Shown in pieces: positions 1 to 9,398 of a DNA stretch of 64,000 nucleotides (positions within the stretch are counted from its first letter, which is position 1; every line of letters begins with the position of its first letter). A program made the position numbers and the translations under genes. The DNA is from Candidatus Cloacimonadales bacterium (lineage in GTDB: Bacteria > Cloacimonadota > Cloacimonadia > Cloacimonadales > DAONDQ01): contig OY759316.1 of NCBI GenBank assembly GCA_963662275.1, positions 928,001-992,000 on the forward strand, given 5' to 3'. The notes beneath the pieces were generated by a model. The model was not told where the DNA came from. It made no database searches and saw nothing but the letters and a program-made list of their open reading frames with translations.

Positions 1-386
1 TCAATAATCTGCTTTCTGAAAAAGGCGACAAGCTGAGAAAGCAAAGAGGCATCGAACCGGAGGCTGTATTTGCTTTCATGAAGTGGAACAGGAAGTTTGA
101 GAGATTTACTGTCCGTTCATTGAGAAAATGCAAGGAACAGTTATCCCTCCTCTTTTTAGGACATAATATAGGGAAAATGTTTCTGCACTTACAAAATACT
201 GAAGGAAAAGCCTGATGAAGACTCTTCCTACCAGAATTCAAACATGAATTAGGTAAATATTACTCCGTTTTTCCTTGTCTTTGCATCGCTTTTCGGAAAC
301 TATTGAGTAATTTAGTTTGCCTGTAAAAACAATCACATATTTTACAACAGAAGAAAATAAAATCATGCTAGTTTCGGGACATCTCC
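1..386 (+). mobile_element. 3' end of IS1182-family insertion sequence (transposase C-terminus plus probable right end)
   Basis: Frame 3 from base 3 reads NNLLSEKGDKLRKQRGIEPEAVFAFMKWNRKFERFTVRSLRKCKEQLSLLFLGHNIGK...KA* (stop 213-215), matching the RxxxEPVFxxxKxNxxFxRFxxRxLxKxxxExxLxxxxHNxxK pattern of IS1182 DDE transposases; GTTTCGGGACATCTCC at 371-386 resembles an IS1182 terminal inverted repeat. Confidence 0.75.
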
Positions 387-478
387 TCGGATTGCAGAAT
401 GTAAGATTGGCAGAAGGTGACAGGTAACAGCTAACAGCTTACAGGTTCAAGAAGAAGATTTGGAAGAAGGAGGATTAA

Positions 479-880
479 ATGTTTAAGGATTTAACAAATT
501 CAAATATCGACCGGCAGAATATTCTAAATAACCAGTATGCGTTATCAGAGATTCAGAAAGCGATTAATATGCAGGGAATTATCTTTGAACAAAAGATAGT
601 ATTCATCAAAGAGCAGGTTGCAGATTTCTTTGAAGTTACACCGAGAACCATAGATACATACATAGCAAATCATGAAAATGAGCTAAAGCAAAACGGTTAT
701 GAGGTTTTACGGGGTAAACGCTTATCAGCATTTAAGTTAATTGCAAAATCAATGGATGTTAACGAAATTGGTATCATTAACATCAATACCACACAATTAG
801 GAATATTTGACTTCAGGTCATTTCTCAATCTTATAATTCAAAATTCATTAACTCTATGGAAAATATCAGTTATCATGTAG
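479..880 (+). pseudogene. Truncated DNA-binding protein of a family often found in restriction-modification loci
   Basis: N-terminus KDLTNSxIDRQNILNN...KEQVADFFEVTPRTID...NGYEVLRGKRL...LGIFDFRSFLNL resembles a longer conserved family; recognisable similarity stops at FLNL (~830) and a different frame stays open from ~832 to 997. Confidence 0.5.
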
Positions 881-1083
881 CAGCAGGGCATATAGGGAAA
901 GAACTTTTACGGGAGATTATAACAGCAATCATTGAGAATAATGAAGAAAATGAAGAGCTCAAACTCAAGATATGGAATGCTATCCAAGATAGATAATTGA
1001 AATCAAGAAACTATTCGAAAATATCGAATAGTTCAAAGTGAAGTTAAAAGGCAAGTTACACGTTTGGTTGATAAGGAGAAGAC

Positions 1084-3786
1084 ATGAATCGCTTGGTAAA
1101 TACTATTTCAAACCGTATGAGCCTTCGTTCTCCTCAAAGGAAATCCCTGGAAATCCTTGATCGCATTACAGAGATCATCAAACTTGGCAAGAATACGGAT
1201 CTGCAACAGGATTTAGCAACAATTGAAAGAGAATTTCCATCTGTTTCAGATTTTGAAAGAGACTTTCCCTCCATGTGTTTTGCTTTGGCAACAGGTGTTG
1301 GCAAAACTCGGCTGATGGGAGCATTCATCAGCTATATGTATCTTGTGCATGGTAAAAGCAATTTCATGGTATTGGCTCCCAACCTGACTATTTACAACAA
1401 ACTGATTGCTGACTTTACTCCGAATACTCCTAAATATGTGTTCGCTGGTATAGCAGAATTTGCCCAGGAACCTCCTCTAATTATCACAGGTGACAATTAC
1501 GAAGACGGGGTTGGTGTTCGTGATGATTATAACTATTCTGTACAAGGCATTGGAACAGACTTAGTAGGTCAAACAGTCGCCTTCAGGGATGTGGGAGCCG
1601 TTCATATCAATATTTTCAATATTTCCAAGATAAATTCTGAAGTACGCGGGGGTAAATCTCCACGTATAAAAAGATTCAAAGAATACATTGGGCAAAGTTA
1701 TTTTGAATACTTGTCTAATGTAGGTGATCTTGTTCTGATTATGGATGAATCACATCGTTATAGAGCAACTGCAGGTTTAAAGTCAATTAATGAATTAAAA
1801 CCAATCTTGGGCTTGGAATTGACCGCAACACCGTATGTTGAGACTGGCAAGGGTCCGGTTGCTTTTCGGAATATCATTTATGAATACAATTTAGCTAAGG
1901 CAATGGAAGATGGTTTTGTGAAAGAACCTGCGGTAGCTACTCAAAGGAACTTCATTGCTCATAATTTCTCCAAAGACCAGTTAGAAGAAATCAAACTCAA
2001 AGACGGTATTCGACTTCATGAAAATACCAAAGTGGAGCTTGCCACCTATCATCATGAAACAGGACAACCATTAGTAAAACCGTTCATGCTGATTATTGCC
2101 AGGGATACAACCCATGCAGGGCAATTGATTAAGAAGATTCACTCCGATGATTTCTTTGAAGGGCAGTACAAAGATAAAGTGATACAAGTGGATTCAAGTA
2201 AATCCGGCGCTGAGGAAGATGAAATGATTACCCGGCTGCTTGCAGTGGAAAGAACAGATGAACCAACAGAGATTGTAATTCATGTCAATATGCTGAAAGA
2301 AGGATGGGACGTTACCAATCTCTATACGATTGTGCCCCTGAGAGCTGCAAATGCACGTGTCCTGATTGAGCAATCCATTGGCAGGGGATTACGCCTTCCT
2401 TACGGCAAACGCACTGGCATTAGCGCCATAGACAGGCTGAGTATTGTGGCACATGATAAGTTCCAGGAGATCATTGATGAAGCGAATCGTGCTGATTCAC
2501 CGGTACACCTGACTCAAATTTACTTGGACAATAAAACGAACCTGGCAAAGACAAAGACAGTTATCTCTCCTTCCAATGTAGCCAGGCTGCTTCAGTCACC
2601 TGTATTTGGTCTTCCGGCAGATAACACGATGTTCACCAAAGAATCAGAAAAGGCAATTGCGAAGATCGTCTATAAAGTGATTATCGAAAACGAGAAACTT
2701 CCCAATTCACGTAAATTGATGGATGTTGCTGTTCAAGTGAAAATTGCAGAAAAAGTGCAAGAGTATCTGATGCCTTCCCAATTGGAGATTCCCGGTCTGG
2801 AAGCAATAGCAGATATTAAAAAGATAGTAAAACAAGCTACGGAGATTTACGTAGATCAGATTATCGATATTCCGCGTATTGTCGTGATGCCTAAAGGTGA
2901 AGTGAAGGTTGGTTATCATCAGTTTAAGCTTGATTGCTCTTCTGTGCATTATCAACCTGTGGAACGAGATATACTCTTGCAGCATTTACGTACGCAAAAG
3001 CGGGAAGTGATAGGTTATATCAATAGCGGATACCAGGAAAACAGATTAGAAGACTACCTGATTCGCGGATTGATGAACTTTAATGATATTTGCTATGATG
3101 AACAGTCAGAACTGCTATATGACTTAGCCGGACAGATGGTGAAGCATTTGGGCAGTTACCTAAATGATAAGGATGATATCAGCAATGTGATTCAATATTA
3201 CCAGAAGCAACTCGTGGAATTGATACATTCCCAAATGCAACAACAGCAATGGGAAAAGGCTTCTGATTATGAAGTCACTGTGACAAAAGGGTTCACAGAA
3301 TTGAAACAGAGTGCATACACTGTCCGAGAAGATGAAGCGGTTCTTGATTTCCACCAGGCAGTGAAAGATAAGAATCGGATAGGTCAGATGCTGTTTGGCA
3401 ACTTCAAGCATTGTTTATATGAAGTTCAGAAGTTTGATTCAGACCCCGAACGTAAACTGGCTGTCATTCTTGATAGAGAAACCTTGAAGTGGTTCAGACC
3501 TGCCAAAGGACAGTTCCAGATATTCTACAAGACAGGTTTAGATCCGCAAGAGTATATACCTGATTTCGTTGCTGAAACTGATGATTGCATCCTTATGCTG
3601 GAACCAAAGGCAAGTAACCAGATGGAAACACCAGAGGTTTTGGCAAAGAAAGAGGCCGCTGAAACATGGTGTAAAAATGCTTCAGAACATAATCAAAAAA
3701 ATGGTGGAAAGCCATGGGAATATATGCTGATTAGCCATGATGTGATTTCGGATAGTATGACGCTGGAAGGAATCCGAAGAATTTAA
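1084..3786 (+). CDS. res: Type III restriction enzyme Res subunit (SF2 helicase plus PD-(D/E)xK nuclease)
   Basis: ATGVGKT (Walker A), DESH, LTATP, MLKEGWD, EQSIGRGLR, C-terminal YIPDFV...LEPK; 900 aa; AAGGAG RBS. Confidence 0.9.
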   Translation: MNRLVNTISNRMSLRSPQRKSLEILDRITEIIKLGKNTDLQQDLATIEREFPSVSDFERDFPSMCFALATGVGKTRLMGAFISYMYLVHGKSNFMVLAPNLTIYNKLIADFTPNTPKYVFAGIAEFAQEPPLIITGDNYEDGVGVRDDYNYSVQGIGTDLVGQTVAFRDVGAVHINIFNISKINSEVRGGKSPRIKRFKEYIGQSYFEYLSNVGDLVLIMDESHRYRATAGLKSINELKPILGLELTATPYVETGKGPVAFRNIIYEYNLAKAMEDGFVKEPAVATQRNFIAHNFSKDQLEEIKLKDGIRLHENTKVELATYHHETGQPLVKPFMLIIARDTTHAGQLIKKIHSDDFFEGQYKDKVIQVDSSKSGAEEDEMITRLLAVERTDEPTEIVIHVNMLKEGWDVTNLYTIVPLRAANARVLIEQSIGRGLRLPYGKRTGISAIDRLSIVAHDKFQEIIDEANRADSPVHLTQIYLDNKTNLAKTKTVISPSNVARLLQSPVFGLPADNTMFTKESEKAIAKIVYKVIIENEKLPNSRKLMDVAVQVKIAEKVQEYLMPSQLEIPGLEAIADIKKIVKQATEIYVDQIIDIPRIVVMPKGEVKVGYHQFKLDCSSVHYQPVERDILLQHLRTQKREVIGYINSGYQENRLEDYLIRGLMNFNDICYDEQSELLYDLAGQMVKHLGSYLNDKDDISNVIQYYQKQLVELIHSQMQQQQWEKASDYEVTVTKGFTELKQSAYTVREDEAVLDFHQAVKDKNRIGQMLFGNFKHCLYEVQKFDSDPERKLAVILDRETLKWFRPAKGQFQIFYKTGLDPQEYIPDFVAETDDCILMLEPKASNQMETPEVLAKKEAAETWCKNASEHNQKNGGKPWEYMLISHDVISDSMTLEGIRRI

Positions 3787-4300
3787 GATTTAAGATTGAA
3801 GATTGGCAGAGCAGAGGAACGCCTCACCCCGTGAGGTGGCATTACGCACCCCGTGCGTTCTTTGGAAGTGCGAAGTCCGAAGTACGAAGTTGCAGAGCAT
3901 AGCCGTTTGAAAACAGCGTTCCGGCATAATGTGTCACCCTTGCCAGGGTTCTAAAGGTTTTTGGGGATCGCTTACCCATAGCTGACGCTATGGGCTATTA
4001 TATTGCATCCTTACAGGATTTGCAGAGCAGATTTAGCAAGATCGGCGTCTTGCTGCACGCTTTGCAGAAGCTTGTAGGTTCTAGCTTGTAGTTTGTAGGA
4101 GAAGAGCAGACAGTAGGATCGGCATCCTACTCCACGTAGGCAGTGCTACAAAATCACAAAACTTGACTATAACAAACACTCAATTTCAATGACATAATTC
4201 GAAGTTCGATGTTCGAAATGCGAAGTACGAAAAGAAGAGAAGATAGATTCTCGCATTTTCAAGAATAACAAAAGTGAAGTTCGAAGTATGAATCAGTAAA
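3784..4300. repeat. Intergenic mosaic of heptamer runs and small hairpins punctuated by GCAGAGCAGA-like motifs
   Basis: TAAGATT, GAAGTNC and CTTGTAG 7-mer runs; hairpins at ~3821-3860, 3975-3994, 4035-4054, 4112-4131; motif at 3806, 3892, 4022, 4101, 4234. Confidence 0.75.
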
Positions 4301-4505
4301 TCGGTTTTGAACTTCCCTGAAAAGGAATTTCGCTACCGATGATGAAAGGTCGGGTTTGAAGTCCGAATGCCCTTTTAATCAGGTATTCAATAATAATTTG
4401 TTTAGGGCATTTGAACTCCAAATCATCAGCTTTCATGTGAAGTCCAAATTTCCTATTAGTTGAGAAGTCGTAGTAGATTCGATGGAAATTTGAACTCCAA
4501 AATCT
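4300..4505 (+). repeat. ~200-bp dispersed structured repeat (leader plus two ~60-bp hairpin units), copy A
   Basis: Reverse complement aligns with 63345-63550; partial copies at 47551-47710 and 32989-33155. Confidence 0.85.
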
Positions 4506-4535
4506 AGAAATGCGAAGTACGAAAGGAAGTAAAGA

Positions 4536-5156
4536 ATGAAAAATATTATCATCATGGGTGTCCAGGGAAGCGGAAAGGGGACACAGGCTGACTTGCTATG
4601 TACTAAATTGAATATCAAACACATTACGACGGGAGAAATCTTTCGTCATCATTTAAAGATGCAGACTGAACTCGGTAAGAAGGCTCAGGTTTTTATCGAC
4701 CAGGGTAATCTCGTACCGGATGATCTAGTCTTCGAAATTGTAGCTTCTGAAATGCAGACAAGTCCTGACGGATTTCTTCTTGATGGATTCCCCCGTACGA
4801 TAGCCCAAGCAGAATATTTAATGTCTCAATATGAGATCGGCTATGTTTTTTACCTGAATTTAACGGATGAGATTGCGATAGAAAGAATCGGGAGCCGACG
4901 CATATGCAAATCATGTGGAGCCAACTATAACCTTCTAACTCAAAAACCACAAGTGGATGGAATCTGTGATCTTTGTGGAGGAGAAATCATAACCCGCAGT
5001 GATGATACGCCAGATGCAATTGCGAAGAGAATCGAAAAATTTCATGAAGAAACAGATCATCTTACATCTTTTTTTGCAGAATTGGGTATACTTCATCGTA
5101 TCAATGCAAATCAGGGCATTGAAGAAGTCCAGAAAGAGATACTAACGTACCTGTAG
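4536..5156 (+). CDS. adk: Adenylate kinase
   Basis: GVQGSGKGTQA P-loop, LDGFPRT, Zn-lid CxxC...CxxC, RSDD. Confidence 0.95.
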   Translation: MKNIIIMGVQGSGKGTQADLLCTKLNIKHITTGEIFRHHLKMQTELGKKAQVFIDQGNLVPDDLVFEIVASEMQTSPDGFLLDGFPRTIAQAEYLMSQYEIGYVFYLNLTDEIAIERIGSRRICKSCGANYNLLTQKPQVDGICDLCGGEIITRSDDTPDAIAKRIEKFHEETDHLTSFFAELGILHRINANQGIEEVQKEILTYL

Positions 5157-5163
5157 AAAACAG

Positions 5164-6876
5164 ATGGGCATCTTTAAATTTGCTTCAAAGCTAAATACAA
5201 CATTCACAATGTTGTTTAGGTTGTTTTTGAATATATTTGCCCTCATTAATTTCATTATTCTTTTCTTTTCATCCATATTAACATCCTATATACCGAATCA
5301 AAGAGTGATTGAAGATTATTCACTATTTCTCATCGGCTTCTATGCAGTTTTTGTTTTCCATTCATATTGGGGAAAACTGCATTATGAGAGGCAAATAAGT
5401 GATTTTATTGTGAATTTTATGATCCTTTTGGTTGGCATTCTCTCGCTTGTTGCGGCACCGAATCTTTTCCTGATGATAATTCTATTCCGACAAACATTTG
5501 TACTCCTGAAGCATTTAGTCATCAATGCTTATGAAGGGAATATCTACAAACAATTGACCCAAAACCCGGCAGTTACACTCATGCTGAGTTTCGTAATGAC
5601 CATATTAACCGGGACAATTCTGCTCATGCTGCCTTCCTCGTCTGTGCAGGGACAGTTTACCAGTTTCATAGATGCCCTTTTTACTTCCACATCAGCAGTA
5701 TGTGTAACAGGTCTGACCGTTCTTGATACAGGTACACATTTTTCTGTATTTGGACAACTCATCATTCTAATGCTGATCCAGGTAGGCGGACTGGGAATCA
5801 TGACAATATCCACGGCATTTGCGATTATCATCGGGCAACGCATGTCAGTGGGCGTTGAACATCTGATGCAGAATGTAGTGGGAGAAAATACACGGCTGGA
5901 TATGTTCAAGCTGGTCAAAAACATTGTCATCCTGACTGCTTTTGTAGAACTGGCAGGTGCATTTTTTCTATTTTTTACATTTCGAAATTATACACAATCT
6001 ACGATACAGGCAATTTACTATTCCATATTTCATTCAATATCAGCGTTTTGTAATGCCGGATTTGGTTTATGGAGTGATAATCTGATGCAATTTCTAGGTA
6101 ATTGGAATGTAAACCTGGTTATCACAGGATTAATTATTACAGGTGGTATTGGTTTCACTGTTCTAACGGATGTAAGAACGACCTTAGCAAGCAAGATTTC
6201 ATTTAGCAGGTTGAGTTTACATACAAAGTTAGTTCTGATAACTACACTTACTTTGATTATCGTTGGTGCTATTCTATTTTTTATCGCTGAATATTATACA
6301 ACAATGGCTGGATTCAGTTTGAAAGAAAGAGCACTAGCTTCATATTTTCAATCTGTTACTAGTCGTACAGCAGGTTTTAATACGATTGATGAAACCAAGC
6401 TGACCAATGCTTCGGCATTGATATCCATGATCTTAATGTATATTGGTGCCTCCCCTGGCTCCACAGGTGGTGGTATCAAGACAACTACTTTTGCCATTTT
6501 AATTCTTGCCATCTTTTCCATGATCCAGGGAAGTAACGATGTAACAGCTTTTAGAAGGAAGATTTCAGAACAACATATTAAGACAGTTCTAAGCTTGATC
6601 GGGATTTCGTTATTATTTATAGCTTCACTCATATTTATCCTGATGCTGATAGAGCCTTTTTCTTTTGTAAAAACTGTATTTGAAGCCCTTTCCGCTTTCG
6701 GGACAGTAGGTCTGTCCATGGGAATAACACCTTACTTATCTTCTGCCGGGAAAGCGATAGTAGTGATCTTAATGTATATTGGTCGTATTGGTCCATTAAC
6801 ACTGATTTACGCCTTATCCCAGAGGAAACGTAAATTTCATTTGGAATATACGGAAGAAAAAATCGGGATTGGGTAA
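5164..6876 (+). CDS. ktrB: Trk/Ktr potassium uptake membrane subunit with N-terminal hydrophobic extension
   Basis: Four pore loops SAVCVTGL, SAFCNAGF, RTAGF, SAFGTVGLS; GASPGSTGGGIK; GRIGPLT. Confidence 0.92.
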   Translation: MGIFKFASKLNTTFTMLFRLFLNIFALINFIILFFSSILTSYIPNQRVIEDYSLFLIGFYAVFVFHSYWGKLHYERQISDFIVNFMILLVGILSLVAAPNLFLMIILFRQTFVLLKHLVINAYEGNIYKQLTQNPAVTLMLSFVMTILTGTILLMLPSSSVQGQFTSFIDALFTSTSAVCVTGLTVLDTGTHFSVFGQLIILMLIQVGGLGIMTISTAFAIIIGQRMSVGVEHLMQNVVGENTRLDMFKLVKNIVILTAFVELAGAFFLFFTFRNYTQSTIQAIYYSIFHSISAFCNAGFGLWSDNLMQFLGNWNVNLVITGLIITGGIGFTVLTDVRTTLASKISFSRLSLHTKLVLITTLTLIIVGAILFFIAEYYTTMAGFSLKERALASYFQSVTSRTAGFNTIDETKLTNASALISMILMYIGASPGSTGGGIKTTTFAILILAIFSMIQGSNDVTAFRRKISEQHIKTVLSLIGISLLFIASLIFILMLIEPFSFVKTVFEALSAFGTVGLSMGITPYLSSAGKAIVVILMYIGRIGPLTLIYALSQRKRKFHLEYTEEKIGIG

Positions 6877-6900
6877 TATATTGATAAATGAGGTAAAATC

Positions 6901-7605
6901 ATGAGCAAATTTGCCGTGATCGGTTTAGGGAAATTTGGGACAACAGTGGCAACCACTCTTTTTGAAAATGGAGTTGAAGTCTTGGTCATCGATAAAGATG
7001 AAAGAGCTGTCGAGGAAATCAAGGATCGTGTGACGGCTGCTATCATCATGGATTCAACCGATGAATATTCAGTTAAACAACTGGGTTTGGAAAATATGGA
7101 CGCTGTAATTCTTGCCCTCGGGAGTAACATCCAGGAAAGTATTCTTACCAGTGCGATACTTAAGAAACTGGGTGTCGGTAAGATCTATGCCAAGGTCGAA
7201 ACCCATTTACATGGTCGTATCCTGGAGTTGATAGGAGTGCAGAATATCCTGTTTCCTGAAGAAATGGTTGGTGTTCAGTTGGCAAAGACTCTTCTTTCGC
7301 GTAATATTTTGGAATATGTGAACTTGTCATCGGGACATATCATGCTGGAAATGGTGGCTCCGCGGAGTTTTGTAGGTCAGAATTTACAGGATTTGGCATT
7401 ACCTATGAAACGAGGCATTAATGTAATTGCCATTAAATATAATAAACTTGCTGTCACCGAAGATGGTAAAAATGTCATAGAAAGGAAAATGAATGATATG
7501 CCTGGAGCTAGTGATATCATAAATGAGGGAGATGTTCTGATTTTATTGGGACCCCAGGCTAAGATTAATCAATTGATCAATGAAACATCCAAGGAAAGGG
7601 ACTAA
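6901..7605 (+). CDS. ktrA: Trk/Ktr NAD-binding RCK regulatory subunit
   Basis: VIGLGKFG Rossmann motif, RCK_N and RCK_C layout, directly after ktrB. Confidence 0.92.
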   Translation: MSKFAVIGLGKFGTTVATTLFENGVEVLVIDKDERAVEEIKDRVTAAIIMDSTDEYSVKQLGLENMDAVILALGSNIQESILTSAILKKLGVGKIYAKVETHLHGRILELIGVQNILFPEEMVGVQLAKTLLSRNILEYVNLSSGHIMLEMVAPRSFVGQNLQDLALPMKRGINVIAIKYNKLAVTEDGKNVIERKMNDMPGASDIINEGDVLILLGPQAKINQLINETSKERD

Positions 7606-7608
7606 ATT

Positions 7609-8382
7609 ATGTGGAAGGATTCCTTTACTTCCAGGTTACGGATATTTTTGGCATTATTCATGCTTCTTATCATCGTTGAGGCAGGCTTAATCATATCTAC
7701 TGCTAATAGCTCCAGTAACATAATTCAACTTACAAATGACATCCAGAATCTTGTGTATATATTTCTGTTTCTGATTTTTCTGTTTACCGTCATGTTGTTT
7801 TTCTATATTCCATTGTTGCTGCATCGGAAATTGAAAGAGATTCATTATTTGTTAAGGGAAATTACGGAAGGAAATTATCATCCTGAAATTGATTTGAAGA
7901 AATTCGACCAAGACAAAGAATTCCTGGAATTTGTAGTGGCTATTAGGAAAATGCTGCAAGTGGTAGTAAAATTCGATCAGTTAAAAGCTGAAAAAATTAC
8001 GGAACATAACAACCGTATCCTGGGATTATTAAATCTTGCATCGAACGGATTTATGATTATTGCTGAATCTGGAGATGTAATCTATGCAAATGATCTGATC
8101 AAAAATAATTATGTTGAATTTAAGGCGAATCAGAATTTTTTCGATGATATCTTTTCAAGTGATATCGAAACTTCAATCAAACCTTATGTGATTGAAATAT
8201 TACGTTCCGGTTCAAAAGGAAAGGATTTAGTTATTCATTCTGAGATAAAGAATCTGGAAATCTCCGTGAAAAGCTATATTGTACGTGATGAGGCTGGTGA
8301 GCCAATGGGCACAGTCGTAGCACTCTACGGGCTTCCAGAAATTCATGAAAAAGCAAAAGAAAAACCACGGAATCAGATGTGA
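7609..8382 (+). CDS. Membrane protein with two TM helices, HAMP-like and PAS-like domains, no output domain
   Basis: Two hydrophobic segments; LKEIHYLLREITEGNY...DKEFLEFVVAIRKM (HAMP-like); GFMII...GDVIYAN...IVRDEAGEPMGTVV (PAS-like). Confidence 0.65.
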   Translation: MWKDSFTSRLRIFLALFMLLIIVEAGLIISTANSSSNIIQLTNDIQNLVYIFLFLIFLFTVMLFFYIPLLLHRKLKEIHYLLREITEGNYHPEIDLKKFDQDKEFLEFVVAIRKMLQVVVKFDQLKAEKITEHNNRILGLLNLASNGFMIIAESGDVIYANDLIKNNYVEFKANQNFFDDIFSSDIETSIKPYVIEILRSGSKGKDLVIHSEIKNLEISVKSYIVRDEAGEPMGTVVALYGLPEIHEKAKEKPRNQM

Positions 8383-9347
8383 TCATTCGATATGAATTGG
8401 ATCGAGCGGAAAGGATCGATAAATATCTTTATTCCTTAGGATTAGAGGAATTTTATTCCCGAATGCAAATTCAACGATTGTTAGATGAGAAACGTATTCT
8501 CGTTAATGGAAATCCTATCAAAAAGAGCTATTTACTAGATTTTGAAGATAGTATAGAAATCATCTTTCCTGAACCTCGTTCTGTTGAACTGGAGCCGGAG
8601 GATATTCCCATAGAAGTTATCTTTGAGGATCAATATTTAGCGATTATCAATAAACAAGCCGGATTAGTTGTTCATCCAGGTCATGGGAATGAATCTCATA
8701 CTTTGGTAAATGCCTTAATTCATCATTTCCATGAAAACCTTTCTGCCGGCAGTCACCCTGCCCGTCCTGGTATTGTCCATCGGCTTGATGTAGGGACATC
8801 CGGTTTACTTATCATAGCCAAGGACGACTCCACACATGTACGTCTGTCACATATGTTTCAGCAGCATCAAGTACAAAAGCATTACCTGGCAATTGTGGTG
8901 GGAACACCTGACCCTCTAAAGGGAACGATAGAAAGTTTTCTTCACCGTTCTCCCAAGAATCCGATAAAAATGGAAATAGGTCTATCAGGTAGATGGTCGG
9001 TTACGGGCTACGAAGTTTCATCCATCTTCCAGCATTTTGCTGTGGTGAATGTTTTTCCCTCTACAGGGCGGATGCACCAGATACGAGTACATCTAGCCTG
9101 GAAACATCATCCCATATTAGGTGATCCCTTATATGGCGGTACAGATGCCTTGCTGTCTTATTTATCCCATGAGATGCATCGTAAAGTGAAAGCGCTGTAT
9201 CATCATCTTGGTCGACAAGCACTTCATGCATATCGGCTTGAATTCATACATCCCTGTACAGGAGAGAAGATGGTCTTCGAAGCTCCTGTTCCAGCAGATA
9301 TGGCATACTGCCTCGATTGGTTGACATTAAATGATAATCTTTGTTGA
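8379..9347 (+). CDS. rluD: RluA/RluD-family pseudouridine synthase with S4 domain
   Basis: RIDKYL S4 domain, NKQAGLVVHPG, GIVHRLD catalytic motif, TGRMHQIRVH, QALHA. Confidence 0.9.
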   Translation: MIIRYELDRAERIDKYLYSLGLEEFYSRMQIQRLLDEKRILVNGNPIKKSYLLDFEDSIEIIFPEPRSVELEPEDIPIEVIFEDQYLAIINKQAGLVVHPGHGNESHTLVNALIHHFHENLSAGSHPARPGIVHRLDVGTSGLLIIAKDDSTHVRLSHMFQQHQVQKHYLAIVVGTPDPLKGTIESFLHRSPKNPIKMEIGLSGRWSVTGYEVSSIFQHFAVVNVFPSTGRMHQIRVHLAWKHHPILGDPLYGGTDALLSYLSHEMHRKVKALYHHLGRQALHAYRLEFIHPCTGEKMVFEAPVPADMAYCLDWLTLNDNLC

Positions 9348-9398
9348 CAGGAACACTGGATTGTGCATATTCAAGAAAAACATTAACAGGATATTAGG

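Noticed and set aside
4328..4350. Hammerhead ribozyme core in the repeat leader (GATGA...GAAA)
   Set aside because: Lacks the CUGANGA core and the three-stem arrangement
4358..4498. 60-bp hairpin units as integron attC sites or a CRISPR mini-array
   Set aside because: No RYYYAAC/GTTRRRY core sites, no cassette ORFs between units, no integrase; the variable parts have self-complementary ends and recur at other loci, unlike CRISPR spacers
9348..9398. FMN riboswitch upstream of ribBA
   Set aside because: The intergenic gap is only ~50 bp and lacks the RFN consensus
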